Source of the DNA: Cyanophyceae cyanobacterium
GTDB taxonomy: Bacteria > Cyanobacteriota > Cyanobacteriia > Cyanobacteriales > JBHJGN01
DNA: 32,342 nucleotides
Direction of reading: 5' to 3'
Assembly (NCBI GenBank): GCA_050331735.1
Contig: JBHJGN010000097.1
Coordinates: 1 to 32,342, forward strand
The position numbers and the translations under genes were made by a program. The notes beneath the pieces are model-generated. The model did not search any database, had not been told where the DNA came from, and was given only the letters and a program-made list of their open reading frames with translations. Of this stretch, positions 9,127 to 18,022 are shown one piece after another (the stretch's first letter is position 1; each line of letters opens with the position of its first letter).

Positions 9127-10443
9127 ATGACAAACGCCACCATACTTATTCATCAAGCCCGTATTCTTCTGCCCAACGGCGAGTTTTTAACGGGAGACGT
9201 CCAGATTCGCAATGGGCAGATCGTTCAAGTTGCCCCGAATATTCCTGCTGCTGAAGCTAAAGTGATAGACGCAAACGGACTTACATTGCTGCCAGGAGTA
9301 ATCGATCCGCAGGTTCATTTTCGAGAACCCGGACTGGAGCACAAGGAAGATCTGTTTACGGCTAGCTGTGCCTGTGCGCAGGGAGGAGTGACCTCTTTTT
9401 TGGAAATGCCTAACACGCGCCCCCTCACCACCACACAAGCCGCCCTTGATGATAAATTGGAGCGAGCGGCTCAGAAATGCCTGGTTAATTACGGCTTTTT
9501 CATCGGCGCAACGGCAGAAAATCTCCCGGATTTGCGCGAAGCAAAGCCAGCCTGCGGTATTAAAATTTTCATGGGGTCTGCCCACGGCGCTTTGCTAGTG
9601 AGTGTGGAACAGGAACTGGAGCCAATCTTTGCTGCTGGAAGCAGGCTCATTGCGGTTCATGCTGAAGATCAGGCGCGGATTTTGGAACGTCGCCAGCAGT
9701 TTGCCAATATTAGCGACCCAGCGATTCATTCTCAAATTCAAGACGAACAGGCTGCTCTTAATGCTACTAAGTTAGCTTTGAAGCTCTCGAAGAAATATCA
9801 GCGTCGCCTCCATATTCTCCATCTTTCTACCGGGATTGAAGCCGAGTATCTGCGGGAAGATAAGCCAGAGTGGGTCACGGCAGAGGTCACGCCCCAGCAT
9901 CTGCTGCTCAATACAGAGGCGTACAAAGAAATCGGAACCCTGGCGCAGATGAATCCCCCGTTAAGAACTCCTGCTAACAACGAAGTTCTCTGGCAAGCGC
10001 TATTAGATGGGGTAATTGACTTTATTGCGACCGATCACGCGCCCCATACTCTAGAAGAGAAGGCTCGAGTGTACCCGAATAGTCCTTCCGGGATGCCGGG
10101 GGTGGAAACGTCCCTGCCGCTAATGCTGACTCAGGCGCTACAGGGACGCTGTAGCATCGCTCAGGTGTCTCACTGGATGTCTACTGCTGTGGCTCAAGCC
10201 TATCGAATCCCGAACAAAGGGGCGATCGCTCCGGGATACGATGCTGATCTAGTCTTAGTAGACCTTGAGTCTACTCATCGAGTCAAGCGGGAAGAACTCA
10301 AAACCAAGTGTGGCTGGAGTCCCTTTGAGGGCTGGAAACTAACCGGATGGCCCGTTGTGACCATTGTAGGAGGTCAGGTCGTTTACGAGCGCGGTCAGTT
10401 GCATACCGAGGTACGAGGTCAAGCACTTAAGTTTGAAGAGTGA
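9127..10443 (+). CDS. pyrC: dihydroorotase (multifunctional-complex type amidohydrolase)
   Basis: PGVIDPQVHFREPG, EMPNT, EVTPQHL, MNPPLR, IATDHAPH, GYDADLVLVD. Confidence 0.88.
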   Translation: MTNATILIHQARILLPNGEFLTGDVQIRNGQIVQVAPNIPAAEAKVIDANGLTLLPGVIDPQVHFREPGLEHKEDLFTASCACAQGGVTSFLEMPNTRPLTTTQAALDDKLERAAQKCLVNYGFFIGATAENLPDLREAKPACGIKIFMGSAHGALLVSVEQELEPIFAAGSRLIAVHAEDQARILERRQQFANISDPAIHSQIQDEQAALNATKLALKLSKKYQRRLHILHLSTGIEAEYLREDKPEWVTAEVTPQHLLLNTEAYKEIGTLAQMNPPLRTPANNEVLWQALLDGVIDFIATDHAPHTLEEKARVYPNSPSGMPGVETSLPLMLTQALQGRCSIAQVSHWMSTAVAQAYRIPNKGAIAPGYDADLVLVDLESTHRVKREELKTKCGWSPFEGWKLTGWPVVTIVGGQVVYERGQLHTEVRGQALKFEE

Positions 10444-10462
10444 TCTCAAACTGAGCGTAGAC

Positions 10463-10608
10463 TAGCAGTCCTATCCTAGTCATGAACGCCATTGGCGAGT
10501 CAAGGCAGGAGACAGACGGGGCATAATTCTCCGGAAGCCGGAGAATAAAAGACGCATCGGGAGGGGCAGGGGGCAGGAGGAATTTTCACACATTATTGAG
10601 AATTGCTA
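10463..10608. mobile_element. degenerate MITE-like element with imperfect terminal inverted repeats
   Basis: Left end TAGCAGTCCTATCCTAGTCATGAA; reverse complement of right end TAGCAATTCTCAATAATGTGTGAA (shared TAGCA.T.CT...TGAA). Inside are the hairpin ATTCTCCGG-AAG-CCGGAGAAT (10526-10546) and GGGGCAG heptamer repeats. Confidence 0.5.
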
Positions 10609-11004
10609 TTGCTCCATAAAGCTGTTGTTGATAGTAATAAGGCTAGAGTTTAAATCAATTGTTTCTGGACAAAATTGCTCTAGCCCTGATAAAAACTCTC
10701 AGGTTTTTCACATTCTTGCCAACAAGAACTTGAGAGAAATTCACGGTTTTTTCACGTTTTGACTTAGGCAAAAAACGTTATTATCTATGCAAGCCATAGA
10801 GAAAATACTCTATTTCTACAAATTAACATTTTTAGAAATAACTTAATAACAATAGAGCAAATTCAGAGATATAAATAAAAAAGACTAGGTATTTTTGCTA
10901 TAGCCCTCTTGCCATAGGTTGAATAGGACAAGAACGTAGCTTTTGCCACTAGTTTATATCAACGAGAGATCATCTCTCTAAAATCAAAATTAGCTTTAAT
11001 AACG

Positions 11005-11012
11005 TAAAGGAG
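11005..11012 (+). promoter_or_regulatory. ribosome-binding site of apcD4
   Basis: TAAAGGAG 7 nt before ATG 11020. Confidence 0.7.
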
Positions 11013-11019
11013 ATACTCA

Positions 11020-11496
11020 ATGAGTCTTGTCGCACAAGCTATTTCTCAATCTGATGATGCTGGTCGCTTTTTGAGCAGCACGGAACTTACTAATCTTCAA
11101 GACTTTTTCAATTCTGGAGAACAGCGAATTAGAATTGCTCAAGCTTTAATGCAAAACGAACAAAAAATTGTCGAAGAAGGCAGTCAGCGGTTTTGGGATC
11201 AGTGCCCTAATACCCCCAGCAATAGCGGCGATCCTCAAAAAACCGCTCTCTGTCAGCGCGATCAGAGCTGGTATCTGCGTCTGGTCAGCTATGCTGTTCT
11301 GGCAGGTAATATGAAGCCGCTTGAAGATATCGGTATATACGGAATGCGTGAGATGTACACATCTTTAGGGGTTCCAGTAACTAACGTAGGCAGATGTATG
11401 CGCTGCCTCAAACAAGCTGCTGCCAACCGTATGAGCAGCGAAGAAGCGTCGATTGTTGCCCCTTACTTCGACTATCTTATTCGAGCAATGTACTAG
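11020..11496 (+). CDS. apcD4: far-red-absorbing allophycocyanin alpha-type subunit (ApcD4-like)
   Basis: 158 aa phycobiliprotein with the shortened loop FWDQCPNTPSNSGDPQKTALCQRDQSWYLRL (Cys62, Cys78). It closely resembles ApcD4 of low-light (LoLiP) clusters as recalled, not ApcA/ApcD1. Confidence 0.85.
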   Translation: MSLVAQAISQSDDAGRFLSSTELTNLQDFFNSGEQRIRIAQALMQNEQKIVEEGSQRFWDQCPNTPSNSGDPQKTALCQRDQSWYLRLVSYAVLAGNMKPLEDIGIYGMREMYTSLGVPVTNVGRCMRCLKQAAANRMSSEEASIVAPYFDYLIRAMY

Positions 11497-11614
11497 TCAA
11501 CAAAATGGTTTTTCTGATGGCACAATGACTAGCTAATTATTAGCCGATTGTTTGTGCTTTCACAATATCTGTAAACCCGAATTTGTTTCTTTAATTAAAT
11601 ATCAGAACATAACA

Positions 11615-12100
11615 ATGCAAGACGTTATTACCTCTTTAATCAACCCTGCTGACGAACACGGAAAATATTTAGAAAATTCGGAATTAGACAAGCTCAGACA
11701 GTACTATCAAAGCGGCACGACACGAGTTAAAGCGGCCACCACAATTAGTAAAAGCGCTGACAGTATTGTTAGTGAAACGGTAGCTGAAAGCTTGCTATAC
11801 GGTGATATAACTCGTCCCGGTGGCAATATGTATCCAACCCGTCGCTATGCTGCTTGCCTGCGCGATCTTAATCTCTTTTTGCGCTATGCTACTTATGCCA
11901 TGCTGGCAGACGATCCTTCAATTTTAGATGAGCGGGTTCTTTCGGGTCTTAAAGAAACCTATGAGTCGCTGGGAGTTCCTATTGGTTCAACGGTCCAAGC
12001 AATCCAAGCCATGAAAGAAGTCACGACTCGACGGGTTGGTTCTGAAGCGGGTCAGCAAATGGAAATTTACCTCGATCACATCTGCAACAGCCTGAGCTAA
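11615..12100 (+). CDS. apcB3: allophycocyanin beta-type subunit (ApcB3-like)
   Basis: 161 aa from ATG 11615. [13 protein letters not shown] and [33 protein letters not shown] and MYPTRR differ from ApcB1 (INSSD, YSD, MYTTRR) and match ApcB3 as recalled. Confidence 0.85.
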   Translation: MQDVITSLINPADEHGKYLENSELDKLRQYYQSGTTRVKAATTISKSADSIVSETVAESLLYGDITRPGGNMYPTRRYAACLRDLNLFLRYATYAMLADDPSILDERVLSGLKETYESLGVPIGSTVQAIQAMKEVTTRRVGSEAGQQMEIYLDHICNSLS

Positions 12101-12103
12101 GCC

Positions 12104-12247
12104 ATCGTGGGGGGTTTCGATAACCACTCACGGTCAGAAGGTGAGCACAAATAAACATTGTTGGGTTTAATTGAAATTCAGCAATGCTGATTGTTGCTCA
12201 CCTTCTTGGTAAAGCGACTCTAGCAGTTTCTTCAGGAGGCCGCTTTT
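12104..12247 (+). terminator. three tandem stem-loops 3' of apcB3, the last terminator-like
   Basis: Hairpin ~12104-12134; long hairpin 12136-12206 (AGAAGGTGAGCA/TGCTCACCTTCT plus inner CATTGTTGGGTTT/AAATTCAGCAATG); AAAGCG...CGCTTTT at 12211-12247. Confidence 0.6.
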
Positions 12248-12258
12248 ATCAGCAAAGC

Positions 12259-12756
12259 CTATGATTTTAACTGAGACAAATGCTGAAATTTAACGTTTTG
12301 TTTTTCAGATTCATTGACGCTAGTAAAACTTCTCTTTTGATACCCAAAGTTTAATGAGCGTGGGTAAGGAGTGGTGCTAGCTTTAGTATTTTCATAAAAT
12401 AGATTAGTTTTGGATTGATAATTGTTCACTTCATAAAGAGTATTTGAAGAACTGAATTGATTAAACCCTGATTGTGGTGCTGACTCCGAACGGCTATACA
12501 CTCTTTCTTGGGGGTGCTTCTCCTTTAAAGAATGAGCTGGATTATTTTTAGGAAGCTCATAGAGAATGCCCTGCTTGGCTTTGGGCTGGTGATGTAGTGG
12601 CTTTTGATAAGTGGCTGGAGGATTGAGGCTGTCTTCTTTAAGTCTTTTTTGCCATGTTTGCACCATTAATTTAATCGATGAATAAATTTCCTGGCGAATT
12701 TTCTGGACAAAGTGTGGCACCGAGAAACTTGGTTGTTGAGATTCCATAATGTTCAA
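12259..12756 (-). CDS. hypothetical protein (hydrophilic, probably disordered)
   Basis: 165-codon ORF in AT-rich DNA, where long chance ORFs are unlikely; rich in S/Q/K/N/P; no motif recognised. Confidence 0.5.
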   Translation of the reverse strand: MNIMESQQPSFSVPHFVQKIRQEIYSSIKLMVQTWQKRLKEDSLNPPATYQKPLHHQPKAKQGILYELPKNNPAHSLKEKHPQERVYSRSESAPQSGFNQFSSSNTLYEVNNYQSKTNLFYENTKASTTPYPRSLNFGYQKRSFTSVNESEKQNVKFQHLSQLKS

Positions 12757-12962
12757 GCTTTTTCTGTGAATAAACCTATATTAAAGCGGCAAAATTTTTT
12801 ACCACTGTAATTATTCTGCGACAGACGACGTTAGATAAATAATTTTAGAAATAGATTTTAATATTTGGTCGTCTTATGTTATTAATAAAAGCTTTAGTTC
12901 AAAAAAATTATGAGTCAAATTGGTTGAGAATGAAGCTCTTATTTGACCGTAAACCAAAAATA

Positions 12963-15296
12963 TTATCGAGCGGAGCTTTGAGCTAAAATTTCTTGAAGAG
13001 TCGTTACAGGAATTTCGGAGAAATAACGACGCTTAAACTGTTCTTCCTCTACCGCTGCTAAGAAGGCAGAGACAAGCTCACTTTCAGAGACTTGAGAAGA
13101 CCAACTGATCTGAATAGAATCATTGGGCCCGCAGCATTCAAAGCCCAGCTGAGCAAGAGCCTGAAAGCCGAGAGTTAAAGTGCGATCGCTCACGTTCAAT
13201 TTCTTTTGAATCTGCTGTCGGGTAGCGGAGTTCTCAGTCCGACTCAAATATTTAGCAATGCCAACAAGCTGTTTCCAAACTTCTTCGGGAGAGCTCTCTG
13301 CTGGGAGAGAATAGGCAAGGGCAAGGGCTTGATTCTGGGCAAGGGCTCGACGATACTCGATGTGTAAGTCGTCCCAGCTAGTCGGACAGCTATCCACAAC
13401 TCGGCATGAAGAGATTTGCTCGCAACGATCTGTTTCTTGTCGCCAGTCGAAGAGTGAATTTTCGGTTAAAGAGCTTTGAAAGTTCTCGGTTTTGGGTTTG
13501 ACGGCAACCAGGCGCACTTCATACCGTCTCTTGTAGTCATTAGAATCCAGTTCGACAACAGCATCGCACGGTTCTTGGGGCAGTTCATCTTTATAGTGTC
13601 CCCACCATACCCCAGCAAACCCGCGGTCGGTAGAGCGATCGCAGAGTTCAAAAGTAGTTTTAATGTATTGAACTTTCTTGCCCTGCCGATCCTTAATGTT
13701 TTCGTTCCAAACATCGGTAAACCAGCAGTTTTGAATGAGGAGTTTAGGAATGGGGTTGCCCATCCCGTAGGGTTCTAGAAGCTTGAGTTCTCGAAATAAC
13801 TCTTTGCCAAGTTCAGAGACGGTGACGACTAGATCCGCTTCTACAAGCGGTACTGTGGCGACATGAGGACTTTGCTGGCGTAACTGCTGATTGATGCCCT
13901 CTCGAAACAGCGGTAAATTCTCCATCGGTAAGCTTAAGCCAGCGGCAAAGGGATGACCGCCAAAGCGATGCAGTAGGTGGGCTTGAGACTTTACTAACTC
14001 ATACAGATCAATGCCGTTAACAGAACGAGCCGACCCCCGCGCAAAGCGTTCAGCAGTCGGTTTCTGCTCCTCAGCCGTACTTAATAATATCGTCGGGCGA
14101 CCGTATTCTTGAGCAATCTGTCCAGCAACTAAACCAAGGACACCGCCCTGCCATTGGGGATCTTCGAGAACAATGACGTTAGTGGTCGAGAGATCGAGCT
14201 GCGCGAGCTTCTTTTTAACCTGGGCGGTAACGTCTTTTTGCAGAGATTTACGACGAGCGTTGGCGAGTTCTGTTTCTTGGGCGAGCTGTTCGCACCGCTT
14301 TGGGTCGCGGCTGGTGAGTAGCTCAACACAGAAGCGAGCGTCTCCCTGAATGCGGCTAACGGCGTTGATCCGAGGACCGAGGCCAAAGGAAATATCGGTG
14401 GGGCGATCGCCATTTCGCTTGCATAATTCTAAGAGTCGGGCCACTCCGGGACGAGTGGCCGTTGGGGGCGAAGACTGTTTTTGTAGCTGTTGAATGCCCC
14501 GCTGAGCTAGGTAGCGACAGTCTCCGCTTAACTGCACCAAATCGGCAATTAAACCAATAGCAACCAAGTCTAGCAGATCTTCTAGAGGCCGCTCCGGTTG
14601 AGGAAGGGCAATATAGAGGGCTTCAACTAGCTTGTAGGCAACAGCGACCCCCGATAAATGATAGAGCGGATGCGTATCGCCAAAGTAGCGCGGGTTGATA
14701 ATAGAGACCACGTCGGGGCGCTCGTCGGGAAGAGTGTGATGGTCGGTGATAATAATATCGACTCCTAATTGACGAGCCAGTGCAATTTCGCTGAGATTAG
14801 TGCTGCCTGTGTCACAGGTAACGATTAGCTTCGTTCCTTGGGCGGCTAGTCTTTCTATACCAGGATGATTTAAACCATGAGATTCCGTATGGCGGTTGGG
14901 AATATAGTAGTCAAGCTGAAGATCCGGCGCAAAAAATTGTCCCAGTCCATCCCAAAGAACGCTGGTTGAGGTGATTCCATCTGCATCAAAGTCTCCCCAT
15001 ATCGTTACCTTTTCTTTCTGCTGACGGGCTTGGAGCAGCCGCTGAACGGCCCATTTCATCTCCTGCCCAAACTCAAACGGACTTTCGGGCTGATAGCGGT
15101 TCGCATCCAGAAAACCCGGAAGTAGAGCTGGCTCGCGCATTCCCCGCTGCCACAGCAGTTGAGCAGCATAGCGCCCGTCGGTGGGAGCATAAGGGGCTAC
15201 GGCGTCAATAAACCACTGAGGAATCTGGGGAGAAGGAGGAACCTGCCATTGTGGTTGCGGCTGAGACATAGGTATAAGTTCTGTTGGGGATTGCAA
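12963..15296 (-). CDS. recJ: single-stranded-DNA-specific exonuclease RecJ (long cyanobacterial form)
   Basis: IWGDFDADGITS, VTCDTG, ITDHH, AIGLIADLV, GPRINAVSR, RGSARS, GGHPFAAG, LEPYGMGNP. Start could be ATG 15269. Confidence 0.93.
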   Translation of the reverse strand: MQSPTELIPMSQPQPQWQVPPSPQIPQWFIDAVAPYAPTDGRYAAQLLWQRGMREPALLPGFLDANRYQPESPFEFGQEMKWAVQRLLQARQQKEKVTIWGDFDADGITSTSVLWDGLGQFFAPDLQLDYYIPNRHTESHGLNHPGIERLAAQGTKLIVTCDTGSTNLSEIALARQLGVDIIITDHHTLPDERPDVVSIINPRYFGDTHPLYHLSGVAVAYKLVEALYIALPQPERPLEDLLDLVAIGLIADLVQLSGDCRYLAQRGIQQLQKQSSPPTATRPGVARLLELCKRNGDRPTDISFGLGPRINAVSRIQGDARFCVELLTSRDPKRCEQLAQETELANARRKSLQKDVTAQVKKKLAQLDLSTTNVIVLEDPQWQGGVLGLVAGQIAQEYGRPTILLSTAEEQKPTAERFARGSARSVNGIDLYELVKSQAHLLHRFGGHPFAAGLSLPMENLPLFREGINQQLRQQSPHVATVPLVEADLVVTVSELGKELFRELKLLEPYGMGNPIPKLLIQNCWFTDVWNENIKDRQGKKVQYIKTTFELCDRSTDRGFAGVWWGHYKDELPQEPCDAVVELDSNDYKRRYEVRLVAVKPKTENFQSSLTENSLFDWRQETDRCEQISSCRVVDSCPTSWDDLHIEYRRALAQNQALALAYSLPAESSPEEVWKQLVGIAKYLSRTENSATRQQIQKKLNVSDRTLTLGFQALAQLGFECCGPNDSIQISWSSQVSESELVSAFLAAVEEEQFKRRYFSEIPVTTLQEILAQSSAR

Positions 15297-15640
15297 AGTT
15301 TGACGGGAAAGCAGAAGGAAAAGGTCGTGATGGCATCATTTGTCTGCTTCTATAGTAGTAAAGCGATTTTTCCCCGAGCTTTCTTCCACAACTGCTCTCG
15401 AGGGCTCTAGCCAATTTTACAAGTCAATACCCAAGTTCCAAATTAACAAAGTATACCGCGCAGTCGTCAGAGGACAATCAGCAATGAGCGATCAACAAAA
15501 AGCGAGGATGTAGAATTGCCCATCATTGTAGTAAAACCTAATTCTTTCTTGTGTAAAAAGAGATGAACGAAATGTGGCGATCGCCTCCCCAATCGATAGC
15601 GAATAGGTTATGGTTATCCATGTACTTAGACTAGTAAACG

Positions 15641-16855
15641 ATGCGTTGGCGGCGGTTTGTCTCTCTCTTCTGTACTGGATTACTGCTGAGCCTAGGTTTA
15701 GCTTGGGCCGGCTGTTCCCAGCAGGCGACAGTTCCTCAGCCTGAGCCAGCAGTCGTTGAGCAGAATGCAAGGGCCGAGTCATCCCAGAACGACTCTTCCA
15801 CCGCTCTCCCCCCAGAAACGGAAGCGATTGTGGCTAGCGCCGGTCAGGAACTCCTCAATCCACCTCGCGGTGATGTGCGCTTGGCGGTCATTAGCGACCT
15901 CAATGGCGCTTACGGAGCGACTGACTATGAGCCGGAAGTAGAGAAAGCCATCAATCTGCTTCCTTTTTGGCAACCGGATTTAGTCATCTGTAGTGGCGAT
16001 ATGGTTGCTGGTCAAGATCCCACCCTGTCTGAAAAACAGATTCAGGCGATGTGGGCCGCGTTTGACGACCACGTTGCCGCGCCTTTGCGTCGCGCCCAGC
16101 TCCCCTACGGCTTCACCATTGGCAACCACGATGCCTCCAGCGCTCGCGGCGTTGGCGATAAGTTCTTGTTCCAGCAGGAGCGGAACCTCGCTGCTGATTA
16201 TTGGAACGCTCCCGAACGCGCTCCGGGAGTCAACTTTATAGACCGCTACGAATTTCCTTTTTATTATTCCTTCGAGCAGGAGGGCATTTTCTTTCTGGCT
16301 TGGGATGGGTCGTCTAGTAAAATCCCCCCGGAAAAGCTAGCTTGGGTAGAGCAGACCCTCGCCAGTCCAGAGGCGCAGCAGGCGAAAATGCGGATTTTGC
16401 TCGGTCATTTGCCTCTCTATGCCGTGGCGGTGGGTCGCAATGAACCCGGAGAGGTGATGGAGAACGCCGACCAACTGCGAACGATGTTAGAGCGCTACGA
16501 CGTTCATACCTACATCAGCGGTCATCACCACGCTTACTATCCTGGTCACCGAGGGGAGTTGCAGCTATTGCATATGGGCATTCTTGGCTCCGGTCCTCGA
16601 CCGCTCATTGATAGTCAACTTCCTCCCCAAAAAGCGCTCACGGTCGTTGACATTTCGTTTGATTCGCCAGAGCTAACGACCTATACCACCTACGACATGC
16701 AAACCCTCGCCCAAATCGAATACCAGCAGCTTCCGCGCTTTTTAGCAGGTCACAACGGAATCGTTCTGCGTCGAGATGTCGAGTGGGAAGAGCTAGATTC
16801 TTCAGAGCAAGCAGCTTGCGAACAGAAACTGGGGCGTGAACTATGTAGTCCTTAG
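15641..16855 (+). CDS. exported calcineurin-like metallophosphoesterase (probable lipoprotein)
   Basis: Signal peptide ending LAWAGC; motifs ISDLN, SGDMVAG, IGNHD, GHLP, SGHHH. Confidence 0.85.
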   Translation: MRWRRFVSLFCTGLLLSLGLAWAGCSQQATVPQPEPAVVEQNARAESSQNDSSTALPPETEAIVASAGQELLNPPRGDVRLAVISDLNGAYGATDYEPEVEKAINLLPFWQPDLVICSGDMVAGQDPTLSEKQIQAMWAAFDDHVAAPLRRAQLPYGFTIGNHDASSARGVGDKFLFQQERNLAADYWNAPERAPGVNFIDRYEFPFYYSFEQEGIFFLAWDGSSSKIPPEKLAWVEQTLASPEAQQAKMRILLGHLPLYAVAVGRNEPGEVMENADQLRTMLERYDVHTYISGHHHAYYPGHRGELQLLHMGILGSGPRPLIDSQLPPQKALTVVDISFDSPELTTYTTYDMQTLAQIEYQQLPRFLAGHNGIVLRRDVEWEELDSSEQAACEQKLGRELCSP

Positions 16856-16952
16856 TTGGTTAACCATCTCAAATGGATTAAGAACATTTTTGTTCCCCGT
16901 TACCCGTTCTCTTTGTCATTCAAGTACTCTCTTATACGAACCAGGATGACTA

Positions 16953-18020
16953 ATGCTATTAACCATCAGGACTCGTCAAGTTTTAGTGGCGTTAGCAACG
17001 ACAGTATTGCTGTGGATTGTTGCCTGTCAGCCTCAGTCTCCCCCCGTCCCTAGCTCCCCAGTGGCTGAAGCTGAGCGCGTTGTTCTCAACGGCGCTGGAG
17101 CGACGTTTCCCTTTCCTCTCTATCAGCGCTGGTTAACCGAATATAGTCAGGAACATCCCAACGTCCAGATTAATTATCAACCGATTGGTAGTGCTGCTGG
17201 AATTCAGCAAATGATTGCGGAAACCGTTGATTTCGGAGCCAGCGATGTGGCGATGACGGATACAGACATGGCTCAGGTTGAGCGCGGTGTATTACTGCTG
17301 CCCATGACAGCAGGTAGCGTAGCAATTGTTTATAACTTACCGGGCGTTGAAGGTCTTAAACTATCTCGGCAGGTTTATCCAGAAATTTTCTTGGGCAAGA
17401 TTATCAGATGGAACGACCCACAGATTGCTGCCCTCAATCCAGAGCTAGCCCTGCCTGACCAACCCATCACTTTGATTCACCGTTCTGACGGCAGCGGCAC
17501 CACTGCCGTTTTTACCAATCATCTCGGCGCGATTAGCCCAGAATGGCAGAACCAGGTCGGTTCGGGATTAAGCGTTCAGTGGCCTGCTGGCATTGGCGTT
17601 AAATCGAATGCTGGCGTCAGCGCCCAGGTGCAGCAAGCTGAAGGAACCATTGGCTACGTAGAATATGGCTATGCCCAGCAGTTAGGGTTATCAGTGGCTG
17701 CCCTAGAAAATGCAGCAGGACAGCATGTTTTGCCCGATGAGCTGCTGGCAGCTAATGCCCTCAATGAGGTTGAAATTCCTGAGGATTTACGTATTTTCGT
17801 GCGCGATCCCGAGAGTCCTGACGCCTATCCCATCGTGACCTATAGCTGGCTGCTGGTCTATCAACAGTATGACGACCCGCAAAAGGCTCAAGCTTTGCAG
17901 GAGTTTATTGAGTGGGGACTTACCGCCGGACAACAGTTCAGCCAAGAACTGGGCTATGTCCCCCTTCCCGCTGCTGTCGTTGAACAGGCAGCGGAGAGAG
18001 TTGCTCAGCTTTCTTCTTAA
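16953..18020 (+). CDS. pstS: phosphate ABC transporter substrate-binding protein
   Basis: GAGATFPFPLY, YQPIGSAAG, DFGASD, HRSDGSGTT, IGYVE, YPIVTYSW; lipobox-like WIVAC. Confidence 0.95.
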   Translation: MLLTIRTRQVLVALATTVLLWIVACQPQSPPVPSSPVAEAERVVLNGAGATFPFPLYQRWLTEYSQEHPNVQINYQPIGSAAGIQQMIAETVDFGASDVAMTDTDMAQVERGVLLLPMTAGSVAIVYNLPGVEGLKLSRQVYPEIFLGKIIRWNDPQIAALNPELALPDQPITLIHRSDGSGTTAVFTNHLGAISPEWQNQVGSGLSVQWPAGIGVKSNAGVSAQVQQAEGTIGYVEYGYAQQLGLSVAALENAAGQHVLPDELLAANALNEVEIPEDLRIFVRDPESPDAYPIVTYSWLLVYQQYDDPQKAQALQEFIEWGLTAGQQFSQELGYVPLPAAVVEQAAERVAQLSS

Positions 18021-18022
18021 AT

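Noticed and set aside
11552..11614. N-terminal extension of ApcB3
   Set aside because: It comes from an upstream TTG; the canonical MQD start at 11615 gives the standard 161 aa.
11020..12100. FaRLiP cluster
   Set aside because: No apcE2, chlF, photosystem paralogues or rfpABC; the sequences fit ApcD4/ApcB3 better.
16856..16970. Pho box upstream of pstS
   Set aside because: Only isolated TTAACC words; no 11-bp-periodic triple repeat.
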